Position numbers and translations under genes: made by a program. From positions 1 through 30,939 of IMG/VR virus record IMGVR_UViG_3300032225_000617: 30,939 nt of DNA; one strand, given 5' to 3'. The stretch is from a virus (Duplodnaviria; Caudoviricetes). Below, piece after piece: positions 1 through 11,400 of the stretch; positions within the stretch are counted from its first letter, which is position 1, and every line of letters begins with the position of its first letter. Below the pieces are notes generated by a model. The model had not been told where the DNA came from, searched no databases, and worked only from the letters and a program-made list of their open reading frames with translations.

Positions 1-3000
1 ATAGTTACGAACTCTATTGTTTAACAGGTACTGATTGAATTCGTAATTGTATCTATATTCATCTAAATTAAGAGATAGGTTGAAGAAAATAGCAGGTTTA
101 ATCAATGCAAATATACGCATCAAGTCAAAAGGCCATGTACTACTTTTACGATAGCTATATTCTGAAGGGCTTAAATCACCTGCTTCCCATGAGTTTTCAA
201 AGTTATTAGAATTATATGTACTAACTACACTTTCAAAAGGTGATAGTAATTTACCTATAGAGTCAACTGGTAAAATATTCAACAGTCCAGGTCTAATACG
301 TTTTGCGTTAATTATTGGATTACCGTTATTCCAAATATAACCGTTACTAATGTCAGTCCAAAGTAGTGTATTATCACTTGTATATGGGGCAACACCATAA
401 TGAGATTCCCACCAAGTTGGTTTACTTGTTAAGCCTAACATTTCCCAAGGAGTTAGATTTGGTGTGGCAGTATCGTACAACCACATGTAAATACCTCTCC
501 AGTAACCTTGAGTTATCTTAGAGTTATCTAATTTGTTTGTAGTATTTTTATAATTCCAAGTATATTCATTTGTACTTTGGAATAATTGAGTGCGATAATC
601 AATACGATTCAATCCTGTCCAATTAAGGAAATGTGTTGTATATATTTCATTAACTTCACTTAGTAAATGCTCAGTTTTTCTAAAGTATCCGGGAAAAACG
701 TCATCATACTCTAATGGAATCTTAGCATATACTTTTAAGTTGTTGTAAACTCTTTTTTCAAATTCAAGTAATGCTCTATCTCTAAAATCTTCCAAATACC
801 CATCATTGTATTCACCAAACAATCTGTTCAGTGAACCATCATGTCCTTTGATGAAATAAGCAGGAATCAAGTACGTATCATCTAATATGACTTCAGGGAA
901 GAACGCAGGATACAATCCTAACTTAGTAGGAGTATTAGGAACAAAACTTCCATAAGTTTGTGAATACTCTTTAATTGTTATTTGGTCGTTTGGTAGTAGA
1001 TATTTGTTTACAGTTAATATTTTTTCAATATCACTAACAACATAGTCAATATCTCTCATTAGCTGTATTGTTCTAATCGTTCCATTAATTTTTCTAGTCA
1101 AGTAAACCAAAACACTATCATAATTTGCTTTTTTGAAATCATAAATTTTACGTAACGGGTATATAGATGCATCTATTCCACTCTTAAACATATACACTTT
1201 TTCAGTGTGTGTTCCTTTTGACGGGAGCATATCACTCCAAAAGAAACTATTTGTTTCTATCTTATTGATAGACATTTCATCAATTGCATTATCTAATATA
1301 TCTGCGTCTTTTTGTGTTGCAAAATATTCAGTTTGATTTACTTTGTCTAATAATCTGGTTTTGAATTGTATATATTCAGTTGAATTAAACACCAATGCAT
1401 CAAAGAAATTATTTTTTGAAGCCTTAACAAACAAACTAGGTGCAATTAATGATGCACTATTTTGAATAATACGTGTACCATATGGAATAAGATTACCTAA
1501 ATCTCTGAAATTATTTGACCCAAACGCATTACCTTTTAAGCCTTTGATGTTGTTACAAATACTTTTATAATGTCCTCTAATGTCACCTAAGTTAATCTGT
1601 GTGATTTCCCCGTTAAACGGATTTTGAGCAAAATTATTTGGAATTTGATAGTATGCAATTTTACTGACTTGGTCGCTATATATCAAAACTTCTACGGGTG
1701 ATCCAACAGCAGGTGGAGTCAATAATGTTATTGTAGTTAGATTATCAGCAGAAACATAGGTATAATCAGTTATTCGTTGATTATCTTCATACACTGAAAT
1801 AACTGGCCAAGCAGTATCAGTTATGTTTTTAGTTGATATGTCACATACAATATCTTTACCCTCATACACTAAATTAAACACTTGATATTGGATACTGGGT
1901 TCAATAGCTGTCTGCCATCCTAGAAGTCTAGTATAATTAATATTAGTATCATATGAATGAACATAACCGTTATTAATACCCTTGTTAACCAAGGCACTGT
2001 CAATTGCATAGTTAAATGTTTGTACATTTAATGTGACTTCAAAAACAATGTCACCGATATTTGTGATTGAACTATAACTAATTGGGAAAGGCAATATAGA
2101 ATCTACTTTCCCTGATCCAATAGCATATTGAAATAAAGTACATCCGTCAAAATCACTTGAAGGATAATACTCTGTATCTCCAAAACTTATACCATTGCTA
2201 TCAAATATATCAAATTTTGGAGCTTGATTTGTATTTTTTTTAAATTGTGCTTCTTTCCAAATTGTACCATCAAAATGATAACTATGTCCTCTATGTGTCT
2301 CACCCTTTAATACTATTAATTGAGTATTATATTCAATATCTCCGTTAGGGGCTTTTGATAATGTAATTACTGGTTTATCTCTTGAACCATTAGTATAAGA
2401 ATACGATGCAACAAATACTTTATTTCTAACAGACACATCAGCATCTCCAGCAAACACAATTCTTGCTCCGTCGAACAAATCGGTATTGTTACCATCGGGA
2501 TGAAAAATAGTCAAGCCGGCAACTTGTGTAAATGCATCGGTAATATTGAAGTTAATAAAATCAATAGGTTCTCTACCAACTGAGCCTGAGTTAAACAGTT
2601 TTAGATTAGGATAGAATTCTAAGATAGGTCTTTTTGCTCTTGCATTAGTGTTTGCAAATGCGTTTAAAACTAAGGCACTATTAGAGTTTTGTGCTAATGT
2701 TTGATTTAAAACATCAATGTGAAACCATCGATTACTACGACTCCAAGCATTTTTACTATTACTATTACGATTGATGGTTAAATAATCAGGTGTTGTAGCA
2801 ATAAGTGATGCACCACCATAAGGGCCTGTATCAAATGCAAGACTATCCAACGGAGAAGTTTCTACTTCACTAAATGGTTCAGGAATAATTTGCTGACTTA
2901 CTGGTAGTAGTACAATACCAGTACCCACGCCCTCAACATAATATGAGTCTTTCAAATAGTCTTTGGGTGTTATATTACCAAAAAACTTAACTTTTAACCC

Positions 3001-4599
3001 ATTTGTAAATTTTATGCCTGTGGGACTTGTATAAGTTTTCTTTCCTAATATATCATTGATATCAATTGTGAGTTCATTTATCTTATCAACCAATACTATT
3101 TTTCCAAATTGAGTTTCGTTTTCTTGGTCTTGATAATAAAGTATATTGGATCTAGCTGTTAGTAACGGAACTATTAATATTTCTCCGTAAGCATTTCTTA
3201 CAAAAGTACGTGACAAATATTGATTACCATAACCAACAATGATAGCTTGGTCATTGGGTAATTTATTTGCTTCCTCTAGATAAATTACCGGATCATTTAT
3301 GTCTCCAACCAACGTTATAGTATATAATTGATTGTTTGGTATTGTGGGTATTCCTTCTTCAAGTCCACCGTCATTTATAGTTCCAATCAATGGACCATTT
3401 TGATTAGTAGTTCCGTCTACTAATATAACTGACGGACCGGTAATAGTTTCACTGATAGTAAATGTAGTAGGGCTGGTAACTGTTTTTATAAAATAAACTT
3501 GATCTCTAACAATGTTTCCAAAAGATACACCTGAAAAAGTTATTACATCATTTTCTTTTAGATCGGCTGTCGAGCTAGTATGTAAAAAATATGTTGATCC
3601 TGAGTGACTTACTTGAGATATTGTTATATTTTTTAAATTTACAATACCAGGTGCATTCGCATCAAAGCCAAACTCATCGTAAAAAGTTCCTTTAAATTCA
3701 ACTTTGTTTGGTTGTGTGCCGTAAAATAAAAGTGTTTTTCCTTTAATTTCTTCAATGCCATCAATATCTTTAATCTCATGTAATCGTTTACCATGCACTT
3801 TAGTAAACGGTAAATTGGTAACTAAGTCAACTGGAATATTTCCGGGATACAAATCAAAGTCTTGTGCAGTTGCTAAAGGAACATTAAATGTAATTGTACC
3901 GGAACTAGTACCGTTATTCGTCACACCTAAAACTTCTCTGGTGGTAACATTATTTCTAAGTTTTTCTACACCTGAAGTTCCTGGTTCTGTTTGTATCCAA
4001 AAGTTAGTTGCTTGTTCTACGTTAAATTTATACTGTCCACCTCTAACTAAGGTAAGAGTAGGGTTTAATGTTTCTAATTTAGTAATGTTAGATGAAAATT
4101 TGTATTCTAAGTTATTAGACGTTACATTATATTCTGCATTTTTGTAGATTATGTCAGTTGATACAACAACTTCATCAGGTCCTTCGGGCAACCAATAGTA
4201 TTGGCTATAGTTCATTACTTTATCTAAATCAACAAAGCTATCCCAAGCATAGAATTCATTTGTGAACAACTTATTATGGTCAGTAGTAATACCACCTTCT
4301 AAATTTAATGCGTCAATCAATTCAGGATATGTAATTGCATCTATTGCAGTTGCAGTATCTGTTTTTGTAAAAATTACAGCAGGTTCAAGTTGATAATCAG
4401 TTCTTGTTTTTGTAGGTTCAACCACATATGAGTCTGCGGCTTTTACTCCATAACCAAATTTACTACCCACAAATCCTTGAACTCTACTAAATTTTGGGGG
4501 TTGAACCAAATGGTCAAGTGTTGCTGCCAAAAATTGTTCATTAATTTCTGTTCTAAAAATCTCGGGTAAGAAATCTATTGTTCTAACTGTTGTCGCCAT
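1..4599 (-). CDS. Very large virion structural protein, probable baseplate wedge subunit (3'-partial, >1533 aa)
   Basis: Missing from the ORF track because it runs off the left edge. ATG at 4599-4597 reads MATTVRTIDFLPEIFRTEINEQFLAATLDHLVQPPKF. The same frame is open at the window edge (...EYRYNYEFNQYLLNNRVRNY). I checked the two ends, not every codon. It lies directly downstream of the gp6-like gene; the function is inferred from synteny. Confidence 0.8.
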   Translation of the reverse strand, partial: MATTVRTIDFLPEIFRTEINEQFLAATLDHLVQPPKFSRVQGFVGSKFGYGVKAADSYVVEPTKTRTDYQLEPAVIFTKTDTATAIDAITYPELIDALNLEGGITTDHNKLFTNEFYAWDSFVDLDKVMNYSQYYWLPEGPDEVVVSTDIIYKNAEYNVTSNNLEYKFSSNITKLETLNPTLTLVRGGQYKFNVEQATNFWIQTEPGTSGVEKLRNNVTTREVLGVTNNGTSSGTITFNVPLATAQDFDLYPGNIPVDLVTNLPFTKVHGKRLHEIKDIDGIEEIKGKTLLFYGTQPNKVEFKGTFYDEFGFDANAPGIVNLKNITISQVSHSGSTYFLHTSSTADLKENDVITFSGVSFGNIVRDQVYFIKTVTSPTTFTISETITGPSVILVDGTTNQNGPLIGTINDGGLEEGIPTIPNNQLYTITLVGDINDPVIYLEEANKLPNDQAIIVGYGNQYLSRTFVRNAYGEILIVPLLTARSNILYYQDQENETQFGKIVLVDKINELTIDINDILGKKTYTSPTGIKFTNGLKVKFFGNITPKDYLKDSYYVEGVGTGIVLLPVSQQIIPEPFSEVETSPLDSLAFDTGPYGGASLIATTPDYLTINRNSNSKNAWSRSNRWFHIDVLNQTLAQNSNSALVLNAFANTNARAKRPILEFYPNLKLFNSGSVGREPIDFINFNITDAFTQVAGLTIFHPDGNNTDLFDGARIVFAGDADVSVRNKVFVASYSYTNGSRDKPVITLSKAPNGDIEYNTQLIVLKGETHRGHSYHFDGTIWKEAQFKKNTNQAPKFDIFDSNGISFGDTEYYPSSDFDGCTLFQYAIGSGKVDSILPFPISYSSITNIGDIVFEVTLNVQTFNYAIDSALVNKGINNGYVHSYDTNINYTRLLGWQTAIEPSIQYQVFNLVYEGKDIVCDISTKNITDTAWPVISVYEDNQRITDYTYVSADNLTTITLLTPPAVGSPVEVLIYSDQVSKIAYYQIPNNFAQNPFNGEITQINLGDIRGHYKSICNNIKGLKGNAFGSNNFRDLGNLIPYGTRIIQNSASLIAPSLFVKASKNNFFDALVFNSTEYIQFKTRLLDKVNQTEYFATQKDADILDNAIDEMSINKIETNSFFWSDMLPSKGTHTEKVYMFKSGIDASIYPLRKIYDFKKANYDSVLVYLTRKINGTIRTIQLMRDIDYVVSDIEKILTVNKYLLPNDQITIKEYSQTYGSFVPNTPTKLGLYPAFFPEVILDDTYLIPAYFIKGHDGSLNRLFGEYNDGYLEDFRDRALLEFEKRVYNNLKVYAKIPLEYDDVFPGYFRKTEHLLSEVNEIYTTHFLNWTGLNRIDYRTQLFQSTNEYTWNYKNTTNKLDNSKITQGYWRGIYMWLYDTATPNLTPWEMLGLTSKPTWWESHYGVAPYTSDNTLLWTDISNGYIWNNGNPIINAKRIRPGLLNILPVDSIGKLLSPFESVVSTYNSNNFENSWEAGDLSPSEYSYRKSSTWPFDLMRIFALIKPAIFFNLSLNLDEYRYNYEFNQYLLNNRVRNY

Positions 4600-4615
4600 T
4601 ATGTTTGCCTAAATT

Positions 4616-7600
4616 TTAACTTGTTTGTAACTCTGCTGGGGTCAGTGCTGATATCACCATTATATCAGTTGCTTGAGCCGCACTTAAAAATATTTCATAT
4701 GGAGCACTATGTATCTCATACAAATCACCAAATGACATTGACGGGTCCTTTGGTACTAAAACAATTGAGTTGATTAAATCACCTATCAATGTATGCACAT
4801 ATGCACTAAGTTCTGTGAAATAGAACGTGTCTCCAAAATTCCAATTTTGAATATCAAAGTAAGCATTAATGGATGAAAGTACAACAGAACGAATTTCACT
4901 GTCGCTGGCTGTTGTATTACTAGATTTGATTACCTTGATAGTTGCTCTTAGTTTAGGATCAGCTTTTGATCCAAACAATGCTTTAAACTTAACACTATTT
5001 AAGATGATACTATCAGTTAACATTTTATAATCATTGATTTTACTATAAGCTAGATTCAATTCATTAATTGTTGGTGAGGTTGGTTCAGTAAGTTTATTAG
5101 TAGTATCTTTGATCCAATTGTAATATTGCGTATAGTAACTTTGAGTTACGATATACATATCAATAATATTAGTTGTAGCTGGATCTATTCTAGTTGTATT
5201 ATCTGAGTTATGTCTATATTGGAAGGATAGTCCCTGACGACCTGTCTTAGCAACATAGTTATTAACTTGAACTAAGTTGATAACATTTTTAACTGTTTGA
5301 CTAGAGACTGCTTGATAAAAAACATTTTCTTTATATGCATAGAAAAGTTGTCCGGGTGCATATTCGTATCTTACTAATGATATTTCTGCTTTGTTAGCAT
5401 AGTTATAGTTAACTACTCTATCTTCAATTAATTGATATCTGGATAACAAATTGCTGTCTGTAATTAATTCAAAGAAAACAAAGTATTGAGTATTAGCAGT
5501 TTTTGTTTTATAGCCTGTAATATGATAGAAAAAGTCTGGATTCTTAACTAGCCCAGACACGTTGGGATCAGTATTAGCAACCTCAACACTATAGTCATCA
5601 ACATAACCGTCAGCCTCAGTTAGTTGTCCTACTACACTTAGTTTTGTATCTGTTGGAAATGGATAATTACTATCAGGGTAACTATTGACTTTTAAAATAT
5701 TTACAAAATCCTGTAACAACTTACCAGTCGCAGGATCATAAATTACCTTATTCTTATTGAACGCAAATCTAACGCTTGAAGAACTACCAAAATAATAAGC
5801 AATAGATTTATATGTTGTCAAGTATTGATTGTTACCTAAACTTTGAAATTTAACAAAATAATTAGTATTATCAAATGTGCTAACACTCCATCGTGTTTGG
5901 TTTGCCAATAAGGTATTATCAAATACTAAACTAAAACTTTGACCCAATGAAATTTGAGTGATACAATCTTTAATAGTATCGTTAGGTAACAAATTAGTAA
6001 AAGATGGAATCACCGTAGTAAGAACTACTCCAGATTGAATTGGGTTATTTAATATTACCGGACCAAAGCCACTAGCTAAATTACCTTCTCCATTATTATT
6101 ACCATCTCCTCGAACTGAACTTACAGTAGTCCAAAGATAATAACTATCTGCTGTGCTAGGCAAACCCTCAACCAATTTATTATGTTGATTAAAATAATAT
6201 CCGCCGGGTGCTTTGAACTGTAGTAACGCGCCTTCAGTTACATATTTTAAATTTCCAGTGACATACACTCCAATAGGTATAGATCCACTATTGTCATAAA
6301 AATATCCAGTAGATTCTAAATCATTAAAAGAACTTTGATGCCAATTAATTTTACCATTCTGTCCATCATCTAATGTATATCTCTTATAGTACTGAGTATA
6401 ATATTGTAGTGAGCGATGGTTAGATAATTGAGAGTTGAGTGTTTCTGTTAGGAACGCAACAACATCATTACTTGAGTTAGCAGTAAAGGTTAAGTAGCCA
6501 TCATTGCTGTCTAAGTATAATCCACCATCGGCGGCAAAATCATTTGTACTTGAATATTTTGCACTTGGGTCTAATAAGTCAAAACTTCTACTCACACCAA
6601 CACTGCTTCGGTTAAGTGCTTTGCTTTTAATAATACTGCTGTATAGAGTAAAAGGAAAATTATTATAATCTTCTCCGTTTACCATGCGATTCTGTGAATA
6701 ATAACGTTGCGGGGCACGTTCTTTAATGTCTTGTAGTGTTTCCCTAGCTTGTGCTGTGGTTACAGGTAAAGTTAGTTCTAATGAAATATTTAAAGTTTCA
6801 ACACGGCCAACACGACTTACATAATTGATTGATATAGTTGTACCCTGTAACTCATCTGGATTAATCGAATAAGTTAATGCGTTACCGGTTCTTACATATG
6901 CTTTAAAATTACCAATTGGTATCTCACCAAAGATACCATCACCAAACGTATAGCTTACTTGGTCGTTGAACCTAGATATTACGCTGAACAATTTTTTATT
7001 AGTAGCAAGCATCTGTGTATTATTGATATTCTTATAGATACTTTCAACTTGCGTCCAAAGTGATACATTGTTGGAATTTATTTGGTATAACCATGTATCA
7101 TCATTGTTAATACCTTGAATATTAATATCAATAACTTGGTTACTTATTTGCTCACTAATGGTAAAATCATATGGTTGTAAATTACCTTGTTTAAAATAAA
7201 AATAAAACCCAGTGTTAACGCTACCATACCCTAATCTATCATTACGATACAAAATATTAAATTTTCCATTAGGTCCCGGTGGTATTTCATATACATTTTT
7301 TGCATTCAAGCTAGTAACACTTACACATTCAAAATTCATAGTAGAACCATTAACTGTTGCAGTAAAAGGTGCTGTTGGAGTTACCCCATTTGGAATTTGC
7401 ATACTGTATTCATCAGTCTTGATACCAAGAATTTCTTGACTGTTTCCGGGTCGACCGATTCGCTGTGCATCTACTAGTGCGGCATTAATGACACTGTTAA
7501 ATTGTTCTTGCCAGTTTGGGTTTGCAGGATCATTCCAAAGAATTGTTAGGTTGCTTAGATTTAACCCAGTAATATCTTTAACTTGTTCTGTAGTTTGAAT

Positions 7601-7966
7601 TGCAGTAACTTTTAAATATCCCTGTCCGGTTATATTTCGTTTTGGGTTGTACCCAACTAAGTTGGCTAATTTAATTACACTGTCTCGGCGTTCAGCAGTA
7701 TCGATAAAATTTTCACGTGCATTTAAATCATCTCTAAAGGCTAGAGATTGACCCATGAATGCCATAACATCTAACAATGCTACATATTCACTTGATTCAA
7801 CATAGTCATTAAAGGTCTCGGGGTAATTTGTCTGTAAGTAATCCACAAAGGATTTACGCAAGGTTTCATAGTCATAGCTTTGAAAGTCGGCTTGGCTATA
7901 CGTTTTGTAGATTGATTTCCAATCATTTACCCCAAAGATTGATGATTGTCGTGAACTTGTGGCCAT
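4616..7966 (-). CDS. gp6: Baseplate wedge subunit, T4 gp6-like (extended, 1116 aa)
   Basis: Motifs include DF.SYDYETLRKSFVDYL...YPETFNDYVESSEYVALLD..AF, ENFIDTAERRDSVIKLANLVGYNPKR, FGDGIFGEIP and AP..YYSQNRMVNGEDY. These are typical of the gp6/baseplate J family. The gene follows gp25. Confidence 0.85.
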   Translation of the reverse strand: MATSSRQSSIFGVNDWKSIYKTYSQADFQSYDYETLRKSFVDYLQTNYPETFNDYVESSEYVALLDVMAFMGQSLAFRDDLNARENFIDTAERRDSVIKLANLVGYNPKRNITGQGYLKVTAIQTTEQVKDITGLNLSNLTILWNDPANPNWQEQFNSVINAALVDAQRIGRPGNSQEILGIKTDEYSMQIPNGVTPTAPFTATVNGSTMNFECVSVTSLNAKNVYEIPPGPNGKFNILYRNDRLGYGSVNTGFYFYFKQGNLQPYDFTISEQISNQVIDINIQGINNDDTWLYQINSNNVSLWTQVESIYKNINNTQMLATNKKLFSVISRFNDQVSYTFGDGIFGEIPIGNFKAYVRTGNALTYSINPDELQGTTISINYVSRVGRVETLNISLELTLPVTTAQARETLQDIKERAPQRYYSQNRMVNGEDYNNFPFTLYSSIIKSKALNRSSVGVSRSFDLLDPSAKYSSTNDFAADGGLYLDSNDGYLTFTANSSNDVVAFLTETLNSQLSNHRSLQYYTQYYKRYTLDDGQNGKINWHQSSFNDLESTGYFYDNSGSIPIGVYVTGNLKYVTEGALLQFKAPGGYYFNQHNKLVEGLPSTADSYYLWTTVSSVRGDGNNNGEGNLASGFGPVILNNPIQSGVVLTTVIPSFTNLLPNDTIKDCITQISLGQSFSLVFDNTLLANQTRWSVSTFDNTNYFVKFQSLGNNQYLTTYKSIAYYFGSSSSVRFAFNKNKVIYDPATGKLLQDFVNILKVNSYPDSNYPFPTDTKLSVVGQLTEADGYVDDYSVEVANTDPNVSGLVKNPDFFYHITGYKTKTANTQYFVFFELITDSNLLSRYQLIEDRVVNYNYANKAEISLVRYEYAPGQLFYAYKENVFYQAVSSQTVKNVINLVQVNNYVAKTGRQGLSFQYRHNSDNTTRIDPATTNIIDMYIVTQSYYTQYYNWIKDTTNKLTEPTSPTINELNLAYSKINDYKMLTDSIILNSVKFKALFGSKADPKLRATIKVIKSSNTTASDSEIRSVVLSSINAYFDIQNWNFGDTFYFTELSAYVHTLIGDLINSIVLVPKDPSMSFGDLYEIHSAPYEIFLSAAQATDIMVISALTPAELQTS

Positions 7967-7986
7967 ATAATTTAATCTCTTTTATA

Positions 7987-7994
7987 TATTTATC
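7987..7994 (-). promoter_or_regulatory. Candidate gp55-dependent late promoter (GATAAATA)
   Basis: GATAAATA on the - strand in the gp25-gp6 spacer, 20 nt upstream of the gp6 ATG. It resembles the T4 late -10 element TATAAATA. Confidence 0.6.
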
Positions 7995-8012
7995 ATACAA
8001 AAAAACACCAAA

Positions 8013-8456
8013 TTAAGACATGTATGCTTTTTTAGTAGTTTGATCTAACAGTATAGAAAGAGATATGGGATTGTTGAACGGGTTAATATACATTTCTAGC
8101 TCTAAGCTGATGCCGTTTTCGTATGGAGTGGCCTGAACAGAAGCCAGCGTAAGTCTAGGGTCATAGGCCGCAACTCTAGTAACTTCTTTTTGAAGTTCCA
8201 GTTGAACATCTATTGTATTTGGTTCAAATACAAAACTCCAAAGTGTGGTACCAAAGTCTGGCTTTCCGGGCTTCTCACCTTGATTGATATTAAATGAATT
8301 AATCAAATCTCGTATAACTAATTCTTCATCCAACGTTCTAAATTTATTTTTAGATTTTGCCGGTGGGTTAAATGACGGTGCGCCGTCAGGACTATAATTA
8401 AGTGCTTTTCGCACTTGTGCTGTATGTAGAGTACTAAATCCAATATAAGTTGCCAT
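8013..8456 (-). CDS. gp25: Baseplate wedge / sheath initiator, gp25/GPW family
   Basis: LVIRDLINSFNINQGEKPGKPDFGTTLWSFVFEP...YDPRL matches the gp25 signature (GE....P.FG..l..llFE...yePR). Size is 147 aa. Confidence 0.88.
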   Translation of the reverse strand: MATYIGFSTLHTAQVRKALNYSPDGAPSFNPPAKSKNKFRTLDEELVIRDLINSFNINQGEKPGKPDFGTTLWSFVFEPNTIDVQLELQKEVTRVAAYDPRLTLASVQATPYENGISLELEMYINPFNNPISLSILLDQTTKKAYMS

Positions 8457-8471
8457 AATTTTTCCTATCTT

Positions 8472-11400
8472 TTAAGAGCCAAATGATTTTTTAAATGCTG
8501 CCCCTATTTCTTCTGCCGCTACCTGAGTTGAGCCACCCTTTTGCACTCCAAATGCATTCATTAAGTTTTGATTTACATCTACTGGTGCTGAAGGATTAGT
8601 ACCCGGGGTAGGGGGCGGGCTTCCGGTTACATTTGTATATAGTTGACCTTTGATTTCATCTATTTTCTTAACACAGCCTTGCCAAGCAGTTTGTGCCGCA
8701 ACTGTTTCTGGTGCTTCTGCCCCTTTTTTAGTTTTTGCGTCAAAATACTTTTTACGCAAATCCCATTGTAAATCTTCTTGGGTTTTTAATTCTGCTTTTA
8801 ATGTATCATATTGTTTTGCTTGTGCGGCTGTGGGTGTTTTAAACGCACTAGGAGGTATAGCACCAAAATTTATACTTGGAATTTTAACATCACCTAATAA
8901 TGAACCAGCCTGTGCTAACATGGGAGCAAAATCAAATGTATCTTCAGCTACTGTTGGTAGCTTAACTTCAGTAGCACCACTTATACTATTAATTGCTCCG
9001 GCTAATTTAGCATTATCTGCGGCGCTCAACTCGCTAGATGCAAGAGTTTTTATACTGTCAGTCCCACCTTGTAATTCGCTTTTTAATGAATTAAATCCAC
9101 CGTTTATATCTTGTTTCATAGAATTTATGGCTCCGGTTATTCCTTCAATTCCCGGAATATTTGGTTTTCCTGGAATATTGACACCGGTAGCCAATGAGTT
9201 GGCTGAGGTTGACAAAGAACCCATAACATCCTTAGCACTATCCCCTAAATTAACTAGATTAGATACTGACGGCATTCCACCTTCTAAACCACCCAAACCA
9301 CTAGCATCACTACCAAAAAGTTGTGTGCTTGCTTTTGCAAGCGCCGCAGGGGCGGCAGCCATTAATGCATTAGGGTCTGTGGTATTAGACAAAGAACCTT
9401 TTAATTGATTACCCACAGTCTCTATTGTTGTTCGTAATGGACCACCTGCTTGAAGGCCTAAATTATTAGTTAATGTTTGATTCAAATCAAAAGGAGCATT
9501 AGATGAAGCTACTTTTGCAGTATCTGCTTTAAGTTTTTCTTCATTTGCTTGTGCTTTGATAGCAGTTAGATTTTGAGGTACCCCCGGTGTTAAGGGCTTA
9601 AATGCTTTAGTAATTGATGCAAACGCTGTTGCGGCAGCACTTTTTAACTTATCAGTTATTTGAACTGCACTTAATGGTCCGGTTGTTTGGTCAGCCATTT
9701 GCGTTGCTTTGTTTCCACCGGCTACTAAATCTTTTACTTGGTTAACATCTGCTGAACTCAATGCTTGTACGTTTGGCAACTGCCCAAGACCTGAAAGAGG
9801 GTTTTGAACAGAAGCTCCTACTGGTGCATCGGGTAATATACCAGTTGCTTTAATTAATGATTTTGCAAACAATGTTGTTTTTTCCACTCCAACAGTTATT
9901 GCACTTAATATCAATCCACCTGTTTGAGTTGGGCTTTCTGTTCCACTTAGTACACCACCTTTTACTAATTCATTTTGTGCCTTGTCGATTGATTCAGAAA
10001 CCACATTTAGTTGTGCAGTTACATTATTAACTAAATTATCAACTGAATTTATACCATCTTTACCTGTAAAGAAATTCTTAGGTAATGCCTCGGGAATTGA
10101 TTTTCCGGCAGCTATAGCGGCGGCAACAACATCTGCGGTTCCGGGTTTAATTGTACCATTATTTTCCATTTGTTTCGGAGTTAATCCCGTTGGACCCACA
10201 GCAAGTGTTTTAGTACCATTATCTGTAGTAACTGCGGCTCCGGCAGCAACTGCATCTTTTGCAGGACCAGTAGATGCATTAACTGCCGCTTGTGAAATAA
10301 TAGCCGCTTTTGAATTATTATCAATTGCATTATTATTTTTTGTTGACGGAACTGTAGAGGCTACTGATGGGTTAGTTGAGGCTTTTGGTTCTGGACTGGC
10401 TGCATTGTTTGCTGCCTGTACTACAGGACTCGGGGCTGTTGGTAAATTAGCAGAAGCACTTGCTGTAGTTTTTACATTTACCCCTCGGTTAGCACTTGCC
10501 CAAGGGCTATGTGCCGGTGCTCGACTGGTTATACTAGAAAGTGTTGCAGGTGCAGCCGCATATCCCTTATTATCATCAAACAATGTATCGGTATGTGCAA
10601 TTTTTGGTATAGCTTTAACATCACCGGGTACTAGTGAACTAGAACCAGTATTCAGTTTAATATTTGGTCCACCGTTAAGATAATTAGTGCCGCCACTTTT
10701 AATACTACTATCACCTTTACTTGCAAAACTCATGCCACCTTCAACTTTTACAGTATGATTACCTTTAGTTTGTTGTGTAAAGGTAGTTCCTGAAAACTGT
10801 GTAGTTTCATTGAAACTTTCCATTCTAATATTTTCAGCAGAGATGTTTAAATCTTTTTTAGCGTTGATATTAATATTATTGTCAGCATGTAGATTCAAAT
10901 CTCCCTGAGTTCTAATATTAACACTATTAGTAGAGTACATATCGATTGTACCCTCTTTGCCTAACTCAATATAGCTTTGTCCATTAGCATGAATGATAAA
11001 CAATGATTGTATAGTATCATTCATCATAATCATATGACCCTGAGCAGTTCGTAATCTGAATAACTGGTCTTTGCCTTGCAAATCTCCGTCATCCATAACA
11101 ATCGAGTGTCCACCTAAGCGACCAACAACCTTGAAGTTTTTATCCGGTATAGCAGGATCCTTTACTGCTTCACTTATAGTTTTTTGTCCTTTACCACCAT
11201 AGCCACCTTCATATATAGCTCTACCGGGAGTGCTTATACCAAATACTTTACTTGGACTTTCACGACTACTGCTACTACTAATAGTTCCTCTATCAGGATC
11301 ACGAATTAATCCTTGCTTATTTAATATTGCCGCTTGATAACTATGTATAGGTCTTGGTTGGTCAATAAGTACTGAGTTGTTATCTTGTGCTTTATTTACA

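Noticed and set aside
3755-4147. 130-aa + strand ORF
   Set aside because: Antisense shadow inside the large - strand gene 1..4599.
8650-10683. Long + strand ORFs of 252 and 233 aa
   Set aside because: Antisense shadows of the Ala/Gly-rich gp5-like gene, with TTG starts and no recognisable motifs.
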